A stretch of 40,601 nt of DNA from positions 1-40,601 of the IMG/VR virus record IMGVR_UViG_3300037462_000913. One strand, 5' to 3'. Every line of letters starts with the position of its first letter. Position 1 is the stretch's first letter. The stretch is from a virus. Its lineage: Duplodnaviria > Caudoviricetes. This document shows positions 9,002 to 17,886 of this stretch, one piece after another. Position numbers and translations under genes: made by a program. The notes below the pieces were generated by a model, which searched no databases, had not been told where the DNA came from, and saw only the letters and a list, made by a program, of their open reading frames with translations.

Positions 9002-11133
9002 CAGCCAGTTCTCCTGGGGTCGCTTGACACGCGGCGCACCGATGCTGGCAGGGCCTCGCGGTCATAATCGCGCAGCGCTTCCTGGACGGCCCTCCGCGCC
9101 AGGGTCTGGATCTCGCGGTCGCCACGCGCACCCGCGAGGCTGACGTTGATCTCCATTCGCCCGCCCTCGCCCCGTGCGGGCAGGCGGCGATTATAGGCCC
9201 CGACATAGCCGCCGGTGGCATAGCCAGGGATGCGCCCGCCGGCGTTGATCGCCTCCAGAAGGTGGCGGTTCTTGGCGGTGGCGGCGGCGTTCACGACATA
9301 TTCGCCGTTCGAGAGCATGGTCGGGATGCTGTCAGAGGTGCCGGTGCCCGGTCCGTAGACCAGGCCGCCCTCGGCCTTTCCGCCAAAGATCAGCGCGCCG
9401 ATACCTTTGCCACCAAAAAGCCCGCCCAGAGGCCCGCCGCCGAACAGAGCCGCCTGGATCACCGCCTTGGCCAGGCTGACGATGATCTGCTTCAGGACAT
9501 CGTTCAGGCTTTCGCCCTTGACGATCAGCGATTCCAGCGCGCCTTCCAGGGTAGAGCCGAAGAACTCCTGCATCTGGTTGGCCGCTTCCATCGCGGCGCG
9601 TTCCCGCTCGCGGACGGCGATCAGCTCTTCGACCTTCTTCTTCTCTTCGTCAGTCGCACCGGCCAGGGCCTTTCGGTGCTGCAGCATCTCCTTCTGGATC
9701 GGGTCCTGGACGCGCAGCGCCTCGATCTCGCCCTCCAGCCCGGCGATCAGCTCTTGCAGCGCATCCGCCTCGGCCTGCGCCGCCGAAGCACCGCCGCCAC
9801 CCCCACCACCACCGCCGCCGCCGCCTCCGGCAGGTGATCTGACCGAAGACAGCCGGGCAGCGATTGCCTCGCGGCGTCTGTACTCGCCCGCAGATCGCGT
9901 CTCCAGGCGCTGCGAACCGCGCTCATCATCGCCGAGGGTGGCAAAATCGAAGTCTGCCGATCCCAGGGTCGCGACGATCCCCTGCGCGAGTCCAAGAAGG
10001 GCGCGGGCCGTTGGAAATGCTGCGGCGAAGGCTGCAACCAAACGGCTGCCGTCCGCAGAGGCAAGCGTGCCCACGATCGAGGCTGCAGCGCTGTTCAGGT
10101 CAACGGCAACCGTCTCGGTCTTCTCAACATCACCGGTAAGCCCCTGCTGTTCGCCCCGCACCCGAGTCAGCGTCAGGATCATCTCGGTCAAGGGTGCAAT
10201 GACAGCATCCTCGGCAGCCGAGATTTCGCCGGAAGCCATCGCAACTTCGATGAACTTCGCGCGTAGCGCCTCGGCGGCTGCGATCTGCTGGTCCAGGGTC
10301 CCGGCATTGTCCAGGTCCTGGAAAGCCTTCAGGACAGAGTTGATTTCCTTACGGGCATCACGGGACCAGACACTGAGGTCGAAGAGCTCAGCAAGGTTGG
10401 CTTGGTTGCCCACTCCGAACTCAGGACCGTCGAAGATACCGATCTGGGATTGCAGGTCCTGCGAAGCTTGCCGCGCAGCTCGCTGCGTCTCTCGCATCTC
10501 GAGCTCGGCCATGTCCGTCAGAAGTTTGCGGATCTCGGCGCTGGTCTCGCCGAACTCCCCGCGCAGCTCGGCCGTGGACATCCTCGCAAGCTTGATCGCC
10601 TTGACATAGCGGTCGGCCTGCGAGGACAGGTCAGCCACACTCTCTTCGAAACTCTTTGTGTCTTCCGCCGCCCCCGTCAGCCACTGAACCGTTTCGGCCC
10701 CGGCATAAATGATCCCCAGAGTTACCAGGTTCAGCGGGTTCAGAAGCTGCGTGAAGGCCGCACCCAGCATGCCGACCGCCCCGGCCGCGCCCATCGGGCC
10801 GATCACCTGGGTGATCTGGGTGCCCTGCTGGATGGCGAGCTGCAGCGGGTTCTGCCCGGCGGCGAGCATCATGCCGATGTCGTTGAACTGGGCGACCAGG
10901 TTGCCGGTCGCTCCGGCGGCCTGTGAATTGGCGCGGGCGACCTCCTGGCTGGCCTGGGCGTTCCGGCGCTTGGCAGCGGCCTCGGCATCGGCAGCCCCGG
11001 CGGCGGTGCGTGAGGTTCGGGTCTGTGCCTCGGTCGCCTGGGTGACCTGGCCGACCCCGCGTGCGGTGTCCTGCAGCGCGGCCTTGGCCTGCGCGGCGTC
11101 CAGTCGCATCTGCGCTGTCAGGACAAGGGTCAA
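9001..11133 (-). CDS. tail tape measure protein (TTG start)
   Basis: QFNDIGMMLAAGQNP..LAIQQG.QI and GPGTGTSDSIP.MLSNGEYVVNA motifs; GGAG RBS before TTG 11133. Confidence 0.92.
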   Translation of the reverse strand: MTLVLTAQMRLDAAQAKAALQDTARGVGQVTQATEAQTRTSRTAAGAADAEAAAKRRNAQASQEVARANSQAAGATGNLVAQFNDIGMMLAAGQNPLQLAIQQGTQITQVIGPMGAAGAVGMLGAAFTQLLNPLNLVTLGIIYAGAETVQWLTGAAEDTKSFEESVADLSSQADRYVKAIKLARMSTAELRGEFGETSAEIRKLLTDMAELEMRETQRAARQASQDLQSQIGIFDGPEFGVGNQANLAELFDLSVWSRDARKEINSVLKAFQDLDNAGTLDQQIAAAEALRAKFIEVAMASGEISAAEDAVIAPLTEMILTLTRVRGEQQGLTGDVEKTETVAVDLNSAAASIVGTLASADGSRLVAAFAAAFPTARALLGLAQGIVATLGSADFDFATLGDDERGSQRLETRSAGEYRRREAIAARLSSVRSPAGGGGGGGGGGGGGASAAQAEADALQELIAGLEGEIEALRVQDPIQKEMLQHRKALAGATDEEKKKVEELIAVRERERAAMEAANQMQEFFGSTLEGALESLIVKGESLNDVLKQIIVSLAKAVIQAALFGGGPLGGLFGGKGIGALIFGGKAEGGLVYGPGTGTSDSIPTMLSNGEYVVNAAATAKNRHLLEAINAGGRIPGYATGGYVGAYNRRLPARGEGGRMEINVSLAGARGDREIQTLARRAVQEALRDYDREALPASVRRVSSDPRRTG

Positions 11134-11495
11134 CCGTCGAACTCCATTCCGTCGGGGTCCAGCGCCCCGGCTTCGATCACTTGCAGCTCGGCGAAGAGGT
11201 CGGGCGTCACGGCCACCTCGGCCATGCGCCAAGCAGCTTCGACGCGGGCGTAGTCCAGGCCCGACCGACGCACCGACCCGTCACCGGGGCTGATGTACTG
11301 CCACTGCGTCTGGACGCGCAGGAAGGCAGAGACAGCGGGGACGTTCTCGGGCCAGACACTTTCGGTTTCCTCGTCCTCGTCCTCTTCCAGGATCAGCCCG
11401 AACCGCAGGGCGTCATCCTCGGCTTCGTCCCCCCTGCGGCCGTGGCGGGCCAGCGTGCCTTTGGCCCAGGCGCGCCCGGCCCATTTCAGTTTCCC
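11130..11495 (-). CDS. DUF1799-like C-terminal part of the frameshifted tail chaperone (gpGT analogue), no own start
   Basis: Open -1 frame: ...VWPENVPAVSAFLRVQTQW...GLDY...FAELQVIEAGAL. Confidence 0.85.
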   Translation of the reverse strand, partial: GKLKWAGRAWAKGTLARHGRRGDEAEDDALRFGLILEEDEDEETESVWPENVPAVSAFLRVQTQWQYISPGDGSVRRSGLDYARVEAAWRMAEVAVTPDLFAELQVIEAGALDPDGMEFDG

Positions 11496-11818
11496 AGTCG
11501 GCCCTTCGCCATCGCGGCCGTATAGGCCCGCACAAGCGCCAGACGGACAAAGGGCAGCGCGATCAGCTGCTCGGTCAGCTGGTCCGAATGCTCGATGGGC
11601 TGGCCGTTTTCGTCGACCACGTCCTCGAACCGGACGCAGATCGCGCGCAGGTAGGACTCGGTCCCCTCGGCGGTCATCACGTCATGCAGCGCCAGCGTTT
11701 CGGCCGGGACGACACGGAAGCGGCACTTCAGCACCTCGTCGCGGTGCCCGCCGTCGATCGGGACCGGGATCGAGACCTTGTGGGTGAACTCGGGGTTCTT
11801 CTGCAGTTTGAAAGCCAT
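11486..11818 (-). CDS. tail assembly chaperone (gpG analogue)
   Basis: Between tail tube and tape measure; ends in GRLGN at the slippery site. Confidence 0.85.
   Translation of the reverse strand: MAFKLQKNPEFTHKVSIPVPIDGGHRDEVLKCRFRVVPAETLALHDVMTAEGTESYLRAICVRFEDVVDENGQPIEHSDQLTEQLIALPFVRLALVRAYTAAMAKGRLGN
11489..11495 (-). promoter_or_regulatory. -1 programmed frameshift slippery heptamer G-GGA-AAC
   Basis: XXXYYYZ heptamer directly before the chaperone stop codon. Confidence 0.85.
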
Positions 11819-11864
11819 GGCAGCCTCTTTCAGGGTTGGCCGGGGGCAGGGTTGCCCTCGGGTC

Positions 11865-12803
11865 TTAAGTCAGGGTCAGCGTCCACTGGTCGTTGCCGGT
11901 GACCGGCAGGGGCATCAGGGACAGCGGCGTCTCCATGATGTCCTGGGCGTTCTCGATGCCGGTCGGGCGCTGCATCTGCGCGGCGGGGGCGTTCAGCGTG
12001 GCAATGTTGCCCGCGCCGGTCCCGTGGACCAGGTTCACCGCGACGGGCGTGGCATTCGCGGCCAGGACGAAGGGGTTGAAGTCCGCCAGCGGCATGGTCT
12101 CCACCTGGGTGGCGATCATGTCCTCGCGCTGGGTGATCAGGATTTCCTCCTTGCCAACCAGGAAGCGCGGCTCGACCTTGTTCTTCAGGTCCAGGCTGAA
12201 GGTCCGCATGACCATCGCCACGCCGTTGATCGTGAAGACCGGCGTGAAGGTCGACGACACGATGCGCGGCTTCTGGAACGGCGTCAGCGTCGGGTTTGTG
12301 GTCGTCGCGTCCGAGGGCTGGGCGAAGAGGCCGGTGAACTCAAACTCGATGTAAGGGATGCCCTGGGCGTTGACCGTGAACTTGGCCGTGCCGCGCACCC
12401 CCAGCGCCTGGAAGAGGATGCCGTCGACGTAAAGTTTCAGGGTGCCCGACTCGTGGTTGTCGGTGATCGGGTTGTAGACGACCGACACCCCGGCGTTGAC
12501 CACCTGGGCGCAGGCGCAGGCGCGCAGCAAGGGGCCCCAGGCCGGGGCAGTGCCCGCCGTGCCGGAGGGCGCGAGCTCGACCTTGAACTTGAACTTTGCG
12601 TGCAGCTCGTTCGGGATCGTGCCCTGCGGCCCGAGGTAGGGCAGATCGAGATCACGGTTGACGTCCGTCCCCTCCATCGGCTGGAACGTCACCTCGGTCG
12701 CCAGGATCGCGTTCGCCGCCGGGGTGGGCGCGGCATCGACCCCGTAGGTCGTCTCGATCTTGAAGAGGAAGATCTTCTTCCGCCATTTCTTCGCGGCTGC
12801 CAT
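11865..12803 (-). CDS. tail tube protein
   Basis: K.ETTYG.D, SGTAGTAP.WGPLLRAC, P..GND motifs. Confidence 0.88.
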   Translation of the reverse strand: MAAAKKWRKKIFLFKIETTYGVDAAPTPAANAILATEVTFQPMEGTDVNRDLDLPYLGPQGTIPNELHAKFKFKVELAPSGTAGTAPAWGPLLRACACAQVVNAGVSVVYNPITDNHESGTLKLYVDGILFQALGVRGTAKFTVNAQGIPYIEFEFTGLFAQPSDATTTNPTLTPFQKPRIVSSTFTPVFTINGVAMVMRTFSLDLKNKVEPRFLVGKEEILITQREDMIATQVETMPLADFNPFVLAANATPVAVNLVHGTGAGNIATLNAPAAQMQRPTGIENAQDIMETPLSLMPLPVTGNDQWTLTLT

Positions 12804-12804
12804 G

Positions 12805-12990
12805 TCAGGCCTCCTTGCCGGTGCGTTTCACAGGGGGCTTCACAGCCTCTTCAACCGGGGCTTCACCTGCCTCGGCGCGGCGCGCGATCTCGGCCGGGTC
12901 GGCCACGGTCGGCTCTTCGACCAGGCGCAGGGTGCCGTCCTTGTCGCGGATGTAGGAACCGCCGCCCTGGGGAAGGGTCTGGTTGGTCAT
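12805..12990 (-). CDS. small conserved phage protein
   Basis: LPQGGGSYIRDKDGTL; GAGGA RBS at ATG 12990. Confidence 0.7.
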   Translation of the reverse strand: MTNQTLPQGGGSYIRDKDGTLRLVEEPTVADPAEIARRAEAGEAPVEEAVKPPVKRTGKEA

Positions 12991-13442
12991 TGCAGGATCC
13001 TCAGCTGGTCGCCGATGGCGAAATCGAGTTGGTAGATCAGCGTGCCTGCCTGCATCCGCAGGACCTGGCCGCTGCGCAGGCGGAAGACACCGACGGGCTC
13101 TTCCGCGTCGGTCACGCCGGTGTCCGGGGCCCAGCCGCACAGCGCCGTGATGACGCCGGTGCGGACCGGCAGGTAAAGGTCGGTCGCCCGCTTGCCGACG
13201 CCGTCGACATTGCGGAACGACAGGAAGACCGAGACGATCTCTTCGATCGCTTGCGTGAAGAACCCGGTCCCGGCCTGCGCCTGCCCGCCTTGCAGCCCGG
13301 ACGAGATCACATTCGCCGCCGGGGTGGTCTGCGGGACCTTGTTCTCGGCCATCAGCTGCACAAGGCTGGCGGCACCCTCGACCCGGCCTTTCAGATCGGG
13401 CACGGACTCTTTCAGCCGGTGGATGACATCGTCCGCCAGCAT
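12987..13442 (-). CDS. tail terminator (Mu gp37-like)
   Basis: Follows gp36; AL.GW.P and L.YQLDF motifs. Confidence 0.75.
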   Translation of the reverse strand: MLADDVIHRLKESVPDLKGRVEGAASLVQLMAENKVPQTTPAANVISSGLQGGQAQAGTGFFTQAIEEIVSVFLSFRNVDGVGKRATDLYLPVRTGVITALCGWAPDTGVTDAEEPVGVFRLRSGQVLRMQAGTLIYQLDFAIGDQLRILQ

Positions 13443-13870
13443 CAGATGAACCCCGTCATGTTATCCTGGGTCAGCTGGCGGTCGCGGTCGGTGATCCGCG
13501 CGCCCGACCCGCCCACGTTCGCGGCCTCGACCCCGGCGGCCGTCAGGGCGACGACGCCCTGGGCGATGTCGCGCAGCATGGCCATGGCGAGCTTCTGGTC
13601 TGCGACGATCTTCTCGTCGGGCTGGAAGGTGTGCAGGTCGTGAAATACCAGACTGCCCGCGATCTTGACGAGGAGCGGCTGCGCTTCGGTCAGCGGCAGG
13701 GCGTACTTGCGGACCAGGTAGCCGTCGATCACCGCATCGGCATCGGCGATGGCGCGGTCGATCGCAGCCTCGTTCACCACGCCCAGCGGATGGTCGCCCC
13801 GATCGGTGAGCTGCACAAGCGTGGGCTCTCCGTAGCGGTCGATCAGCTGTTGCAGGGTGACGTAGGGCAT
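13442..13870 (-). CDS. Mu gp36-like head-tail connector (DUF1320)
   Basis: MPYVT..QLIDRYGE..L.QLTDR...AIADADA.IDGYL..KY.LPL. Confidence 0.92.
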   Translation of the reverse strand: MPYVTLQQLIDRYGEPTLVQLTDRGDHPLGVVNEAAIDRAIADADAVIDGYLVRKYALPLTEAQPLLVKIAGSLVFHDLHTFQPDEKIVADQKLAMAMLRDIAQGVVALTAAGVEAANVGGSGARITDRDRQLTQDNMTGFI

Positions 13871-13900
13871 GATGGGCTCGGCGGGTCCTCTGGTGGAAAC

Positions 13901-13975
13901 TGGTTGCGGGGGGCGGACTTGAACCGCCGACCTCGGGATTATGAGTCCCGCGCTCTACCTCTGCGCTACCCCGCA
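13901..13975 (-). tRNA. tRNA-Met (CAU) with encoded CCA
   Basis: UGCGGGG/CCCCGCA acceptor stem, CGGGA-CUCAUAA-UCCCG anticodon arm, GGCGG-UUCAAGU-CCGCC T arm, ACCA end. Confidence 0.92.
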
Positions 13976-13986
13976 AAGGGTTCGGG

Positions 13987-14424
13987 TCAGTCCTCGCCCA
14001 GGGCCAGGACGGTCAGTTGGGGGTCGCTGTTCAGAGCGGCGATCTCTTCGTGGGTCAGATCCTCGGCCGGGATGTCGACGATCTCGGGGGTGAAGTGCCG
14101 GCCGATCCGCCAGCGACCGGTAGCCGGGCCCTTCACGCGCAAGACAAAGCCGGTCGGGCGGGGGGCGTCTGGCGAGGGCGGGTTGCCGTCGGGGTCTTTC
14201 GCGTCTTCGGGCGAGGCACCGGGCCCGGTCGGCTGGATGGGGTCCACCGGCGCTGCCGCTGCTTCTGCGGCTGCCGACGCGGGCGCGCTGACAGCGCCGG
14301 TGGGGTCCTGCGCCACCTGGGGAAGTTGCTTCGCAGGATCGGGGGTGACCGGCGCAGCGGCGGCGGTCGAGGTCTTGGGGGCAGGCGCTGGGGCAGCGGC
14401 CTTGGGTTTTGGCTGGCGGGACAT
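13987..14424 (-). CDS. HI1506-like (Mu gp35-position) protein with Ala/Pro-rich N-terminus
   Basis: GRWRIGRHF...LT.EEIAAL.SDP.L.V C-terminal motif. Confidence 0.8.
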   Translation of the reverse strand: MSRQPKPKAAAPAPAPKTSTAAAAPVTPDPAKQLPQVAQDPTGAVSAPASAAAEAAAAPVDPIQPTGPGASPEDAKDPDGNPPSPDAPRPTGFVLRVKGPATGRWRIGRHFTPEIVDIPAEDLTHEEIAALNSDPQLTVLALGED

Positions 14425-14517
14425 TGGCAGTCTCCAGGTTGCGAAGGTCTGATCGAGGAAAGGGGCAGGCTTGGGTCCGGTTGGGCCCGCCCCCTCTGCT
14501 GGATCAGGCCGTCAGGC

Positions 14518-15411
14518 TCAGGCGAGCCACGGGGCGACCAGAAGCTCGGCCGTGCCCTTCCATTCGTTGGTCTCGCCACCGGTGGCGTATTCCGAGTTCA
14601 GGATCTTCCGCGCAGCGCTTTCCAGCGACGGCGGCACGACCAGAAGGTTCGGGGTCAGGCCCAGCGGGCGGCCGTAGTCGCCCTTCATGCCCATGATCGC
14701 CGCCCGGGCGGTGGCATAGGCGGCTGCGTTCAGGGTCTGCTGCGAGCCATAGGCCATCTGCCAGAAGCCGTAGCCCGTGTTCGCCCGTGCATCCGACCCG
14801 TAGATGAACTCTTTGTTCATGAAGACGTTCGGGTCGGTCAGGTTGTCCAGCGCGGTGAAGATGAAGTCCTTGCGCTTCTGCAGGATGATCGGCTTGATCG
14901 CCCGGCTGACGTCCAGCAGGAACCACGGGGTGCCCGCGCCACCGCCGGTGTTCGAGACGGTGATCGGGTTTCCGTTCTCGTCCAGGACGGGGTGGTCGGT
15001 GTCGAAGAAGAACTGGCCGTCGTAGCAGTTGGTCGCGAACCCCGCCTTCAGCGTGTCAAAGACCATGCGGTCCCACTGCGCGCCAGTCGACATGCCCATC
15101 TCGGTGAAGAGGGGCGTGTAGATCCCGAGGTTGTCGGTCTCGATGTCGTCCTTGTCGACCGACAGGGTCAGTTCCAGCGGCTTTTCCTTGATGGCGTAGT
15201 CGTGCTGCTGGAGGTTCTGCACGACGCGGGGACCGATCCATTCCCGGACGTTCGGGATCTTGCCCAGCCAGGCATACTTCTGTTCCTTCTGCGAGGCCGC
15301 GATGACGGTCGCCACCCGCAGATAGGCGGTCGAAGCCTGGGAGAGCCCGCCCTGGAAGGACGTCTTGAAGCCGACGCGAAGGCTGTCGAGGTTTGCTGCG
15401 TTTACGAGCAT
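14518..15411 (-). CDS. Mu-like major head subunit gpT
   Basis: Y.WLG..P.VREWIG.R, DIETDNLGIY.P, CYDGQ.FFDTDHP, GYGFWQMAYGS. Confidence 0.96.
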   Translation of the reverse strand: MLVNAANLDSLRVGFKTSFQGGLSQASTAYLRVATVIAASQKEQKYAWLGKIPNVREWIGPRVVQNLQQHDYAIKEKPLELTLSVDKDDIETDNLGIYTPLFTEMGMSTGAQWDRMVFDTLKAGFATNCYDGQFFFDTDHPVLDENGNPITVSNTGGGAGTPWFLLDVSRAIKPIILQKRKDFIFTALDNLTDPNVFMNKEFIYGSDARANTGYGFWQMAYGSQQTLNAAAYATARAAIMGMKGDYGRPLGLTPNLLVVPPSLESAARKILNSEYATGGETNEWKGTAELLVAPWLA

Positions 15412-15423
15412 GTCAGGGGTTCC

Positions 15424-15855
15424 TTACGAGAGCACGGCGCGGGTGAGGGCTTCGTCGAACCGGACCCAGACGCCTTGGGCGTCCACCATGTCGACGACGC
15501 CCGCCGGCGAGCGGGTGTTGGTGCCGTTCGTCCGCGCCACCGTCTGGTCGTCGACGATGTAGCAAACGGTGCCGATGTCGGCCTTGGTGATCAGGTCACC
15601 GGCGGACGAGTTGGCGAAGCGGTGGGGGCCGGTCCGGTACCGGATCGGGGTGACGCCCGCGGTGGTCGAGCTCAAGCGCTCCTGGGCCACGCCAGCGCCG
15701 AAGCAGGCCAGAGCGGTGGCGCCCTCGAGCAGATCGCCAGCGGCGTTCCGCATGAGCATGGCGCCAGCGAAGATCTGCTGGTTCAGGCCAAGGGTGCCGA
15801 CGCGATCATCGCCCTCGGCGCGCGGCGTGTTGCGGTCTTGGGTCAGGGGCGGCAT
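15424..15855 (-). CDS. head decoration / capsid cement protein
   Basis: LT.DRNTP...IT.ADIG..CYIVDDQTV...GVWV between protease and gpT. Confidence 0.8.
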   Translation of the reverse strand: MPPLTQDRNTPRAEGDDRVGTLGLNQQIFAGAMLMRNAAGDLLEGATALACFGAGVAQERLSSTTAGVTPIRYRTGPHRFANSSAGDLITKADIGTVCYIVDDQTVARTNGTNTRSPAGVVDMVDAQGVWVRFDEALTRAVLS

Positions 15856-16910
15856 CAGGCGTTCTCCTCAGCCAGGGTTTTCGCGTAGGCCTCCTGCGAG
15901 AGGCCGAGTTTCTGCGCCGCCTCGATCTGCGCCGCGTTCAGGGACACGACGCCATCCTTGGCGGGCGGCGGGGTCTGGACGGTGCCGGTGGCGGTCAGCA
16001 TCGGCATGCCGCTCACCAGCTTCTCGGCCGTCGCGGTGTCGGACATGTGCAGCGCGATCATGTCCTCGCGGTTGGTCGCGTTCACCCCGGCGCGGCGGTC
16101 GGCGATGGCCTTGTCGATGAAGGCCTCGGCCGCCTTGCGCTTGGTGTCGCTCTGGACCGCGTTCAGCTGGGTCGTCAGCTCGGTCACCTGGCTTTGCAGC
16201 GCGACCAGATCATCCTTGCCACCCTTCGCCAGGTTGGCAGCCGCGACCACCGCCTCGGGCTTGGCATCCGCCGCCAGGCCGAAGGCCACGCCGATGGTCG
16301 ACAGGGCCGACTGCATCGCGGTGTCGCCCTCGGGCTTCTTGTCCTTCAGCGCCTTGATCGCGGAAAGGATGTCGTCAGCCGACGCCCCCTCCGACAGGCC
16401 GAGCGCTTCGGCCATCTTTGCCATGGCATCCATGGGTTGCTCCTGGTTGAGGGTGACGAGGCCCTTTAGGTTCGGGCGGTTCACAAGGCTGGCCCGCAGG
16501 ATCGCGACGACCCGCTTGTCCTTGTCGTGGAGGATGACGGGAGACATCGCGCGATAGGCCTTGTCGGCCACCAGCGCGCGACCGGCGCTGGTCCATTCGA
16601 CCTTGCCCCAAATGCCGTCAGCGCGCGCCTGAAGCTCGGTGATCCAGCCACGGGCAGGGGAAGGTTCGCCCTTGCCGGATTTCAGGTCTTCGGCATGGTT
16701 CTCGTCGATCTGCAGCTTGGGCTGGCTGGCGAAGCTGGCGGCGATGATGGCGTCGGCATCGATTACATCGTAGGGCCCCCGGTTGTCTTCGGTCTGCACC
16801 TTGCCCTTCGCAGTGGGCAGCAGATGAATCCACTCCGGGGCCTCGCCGGTCTGGGCGAGGTCGAGAGCGGCCATCGTGGCCTTCTGAAGGGTGGGGGCAG
16901 CTTGCGTCAT
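15855..16910 (-). CDS. Mu-like prohead protease/scaffold (gp32, I)
   Basis: PEWIHLLP, ID.NH, PA.GWI, VEWT..G, Y...SPV, LVNRPNL. Confidence 0.93.
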   Translation of the reverse strand: MTQAAPTLQKATMAALDLAQTGEAPEWIHLLPTAKGKVQTEDNRGPYDVIDADAIIAASFASQPKLQIDENHAEDLKSGKGEPSPARGWITELQARADGIWGKVEWTSAGRALVADKAYRAMSPVILHDKDKRVVAILRASLVNRPNLKGLVTLNQEQPMDAMAKMAEALGLSEGASADDILSAIKALKDKKPEGDTAMQSALSTIGVAFGLAADAKPEAVVAAANLAKGGKDDLVALQSQVTELTTQLNAVQSDTKRKAAEAFIDKAIADRRAGVNATNREDMIALHMSDTATAEKLVSGMPMLTATGTVQTPPPAKDGVVSLNAAQIEAAQKLGLSQEAYAKTLAEENA

Positions 16911-16944
16911 GCCCCGGATCATCGCGGGATGCGACGGGGCAAAA

Positions 16945-16964
16945 CACCCACAAGGGCTTGCGGG
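16945..16964 (-). promoter_or_regulatory. late promoter activator site (copy 1)
   Basis: cacccacaagggcttgcggg identical to 26655-26674; imperfect dyad. Confidence 0.75.
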
Positions 16965-17049
16965 TCAGGGCCGGGTCAGGGTGTTTCGGGATGGGTCCAG
17001 CCTGCCCCGCGCCGGTCAGCGGGTCAAGCGCGGCGTCAGGGGTGCTGTA

Positions 17050-17535
17050 TCAAAGGGGCTCGCCCGCAGCCTCGCTCAGGTAGTCGCCGATGATGTCCAG
17101 GACCTGCACCTCGTCCTCGGCCGAGACGCCCAGGAAGGGCCGCGCCGGGATGTCGCCCCACAGGTGCGGGAAGGCCGACTTCGATCCCCCGAACTGCTGC
17201 ATGGCGGCATAGACCATGGGCGAGCCCCATTCGACCCGGTCGGGGAACGCCTCGTAGTTGATGGTCGAGGACAGGGCACCCGAGGGGCCAAACAGGGGCC
17301 GCGTGTCCAGCCGGTTGGTCCGCCGCCCGCCCTGGGCCGCGATGGTCACCGGCGACTTTGGGGCCCAGACCGACCCGTCCGGCGCGCGCCCGGAGGGGAA
17401 ACGGTCGATGGTCGATTTGACGAAATACTCGCCCAGGTGCTGCATCAACGGCAGGGGGTTTTCCAAGGCCGCCCAGACGCGCTCCAGCGCGGGAGTGATC
17501 TCGTCAGTCTGGATGATGATGGTCGGGGTGGTCAT
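17050..17535 (-). CDS. phage virion morphogenesis protein (Mu gp31/G)
   Basis: RF..G.APDG..W, YAAMQQFGG, IPARPFLG.S. Confidence 0.92.
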   Translation of the reverse strand: MTTPTIIIQTDEITPALERVWAALENPLPLMQHLGEYFVKSTIDRFPSGRAPDGSVWAPKSPVTIAAQGGRRTNRLDTRPLFGPSGALSSTINYEAFPDRVEWGSPMVYAAMQQFGGSKSAFPHLWGDIPARPFLGVSAEDEVQVLDIIGDYLSEAAGEPL

Positions 17536-17568
17536 GCGCAGGCCTCCGGTCTGGGGGCCATCGCCCGA

Positions 17569-17886
17569 TCAGGCAGCGAACTCGTAGGCCCGGACTGACG
17601 TCGCGATCCGGTAAAGGTCCGGATCGTCCTCGGCAACGCCCTGGTCAACCGCGATCCGCGTTTCAGCGTTGAAATGGTCGACAAGGATCTTCTCGGCGGC
17701 ATCAAGGCTGGGCGCTGCGCGGAAGGCCGACTGGAACGCTTCCGTCCGCTCGGCCGCAGCCTCGATGTCGAAGCCCGCCGCAATCCAGCGGTCCACCTGG
17801 GCCGCCGTGCCGAGATAGGGCACAAAGGTATAGCGACCGGATGCGTGAACCACGCGCCGCCCCCCTTCATCCCATCTGCTCTGCAT
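17569..17886 (-). CDS. putative immunity protein for the MuF-ART toxin
   Basis: GGAGG RBS; overlaps the toxin 3' end; function inferred from position only. Confidence 0.6.
   Translation of the reverse strand: MQSRWDEGGRRVVHASGRYTFVPYLGTAAQVDRWIAAGFDIEAAAERTEAFQSAFRAAPSLDAAEKILVDHFNAETRIAVDQGVAEDDPDLYRIATSVRAYEFAA

Noticed and set aside
13901-13975. tRNA as tRNA-Ile2 or as an integration site
   Set aside because: Lacks the C4-G69/C5-G68 TilS determinants; no integrase or duplicated 3' end seen
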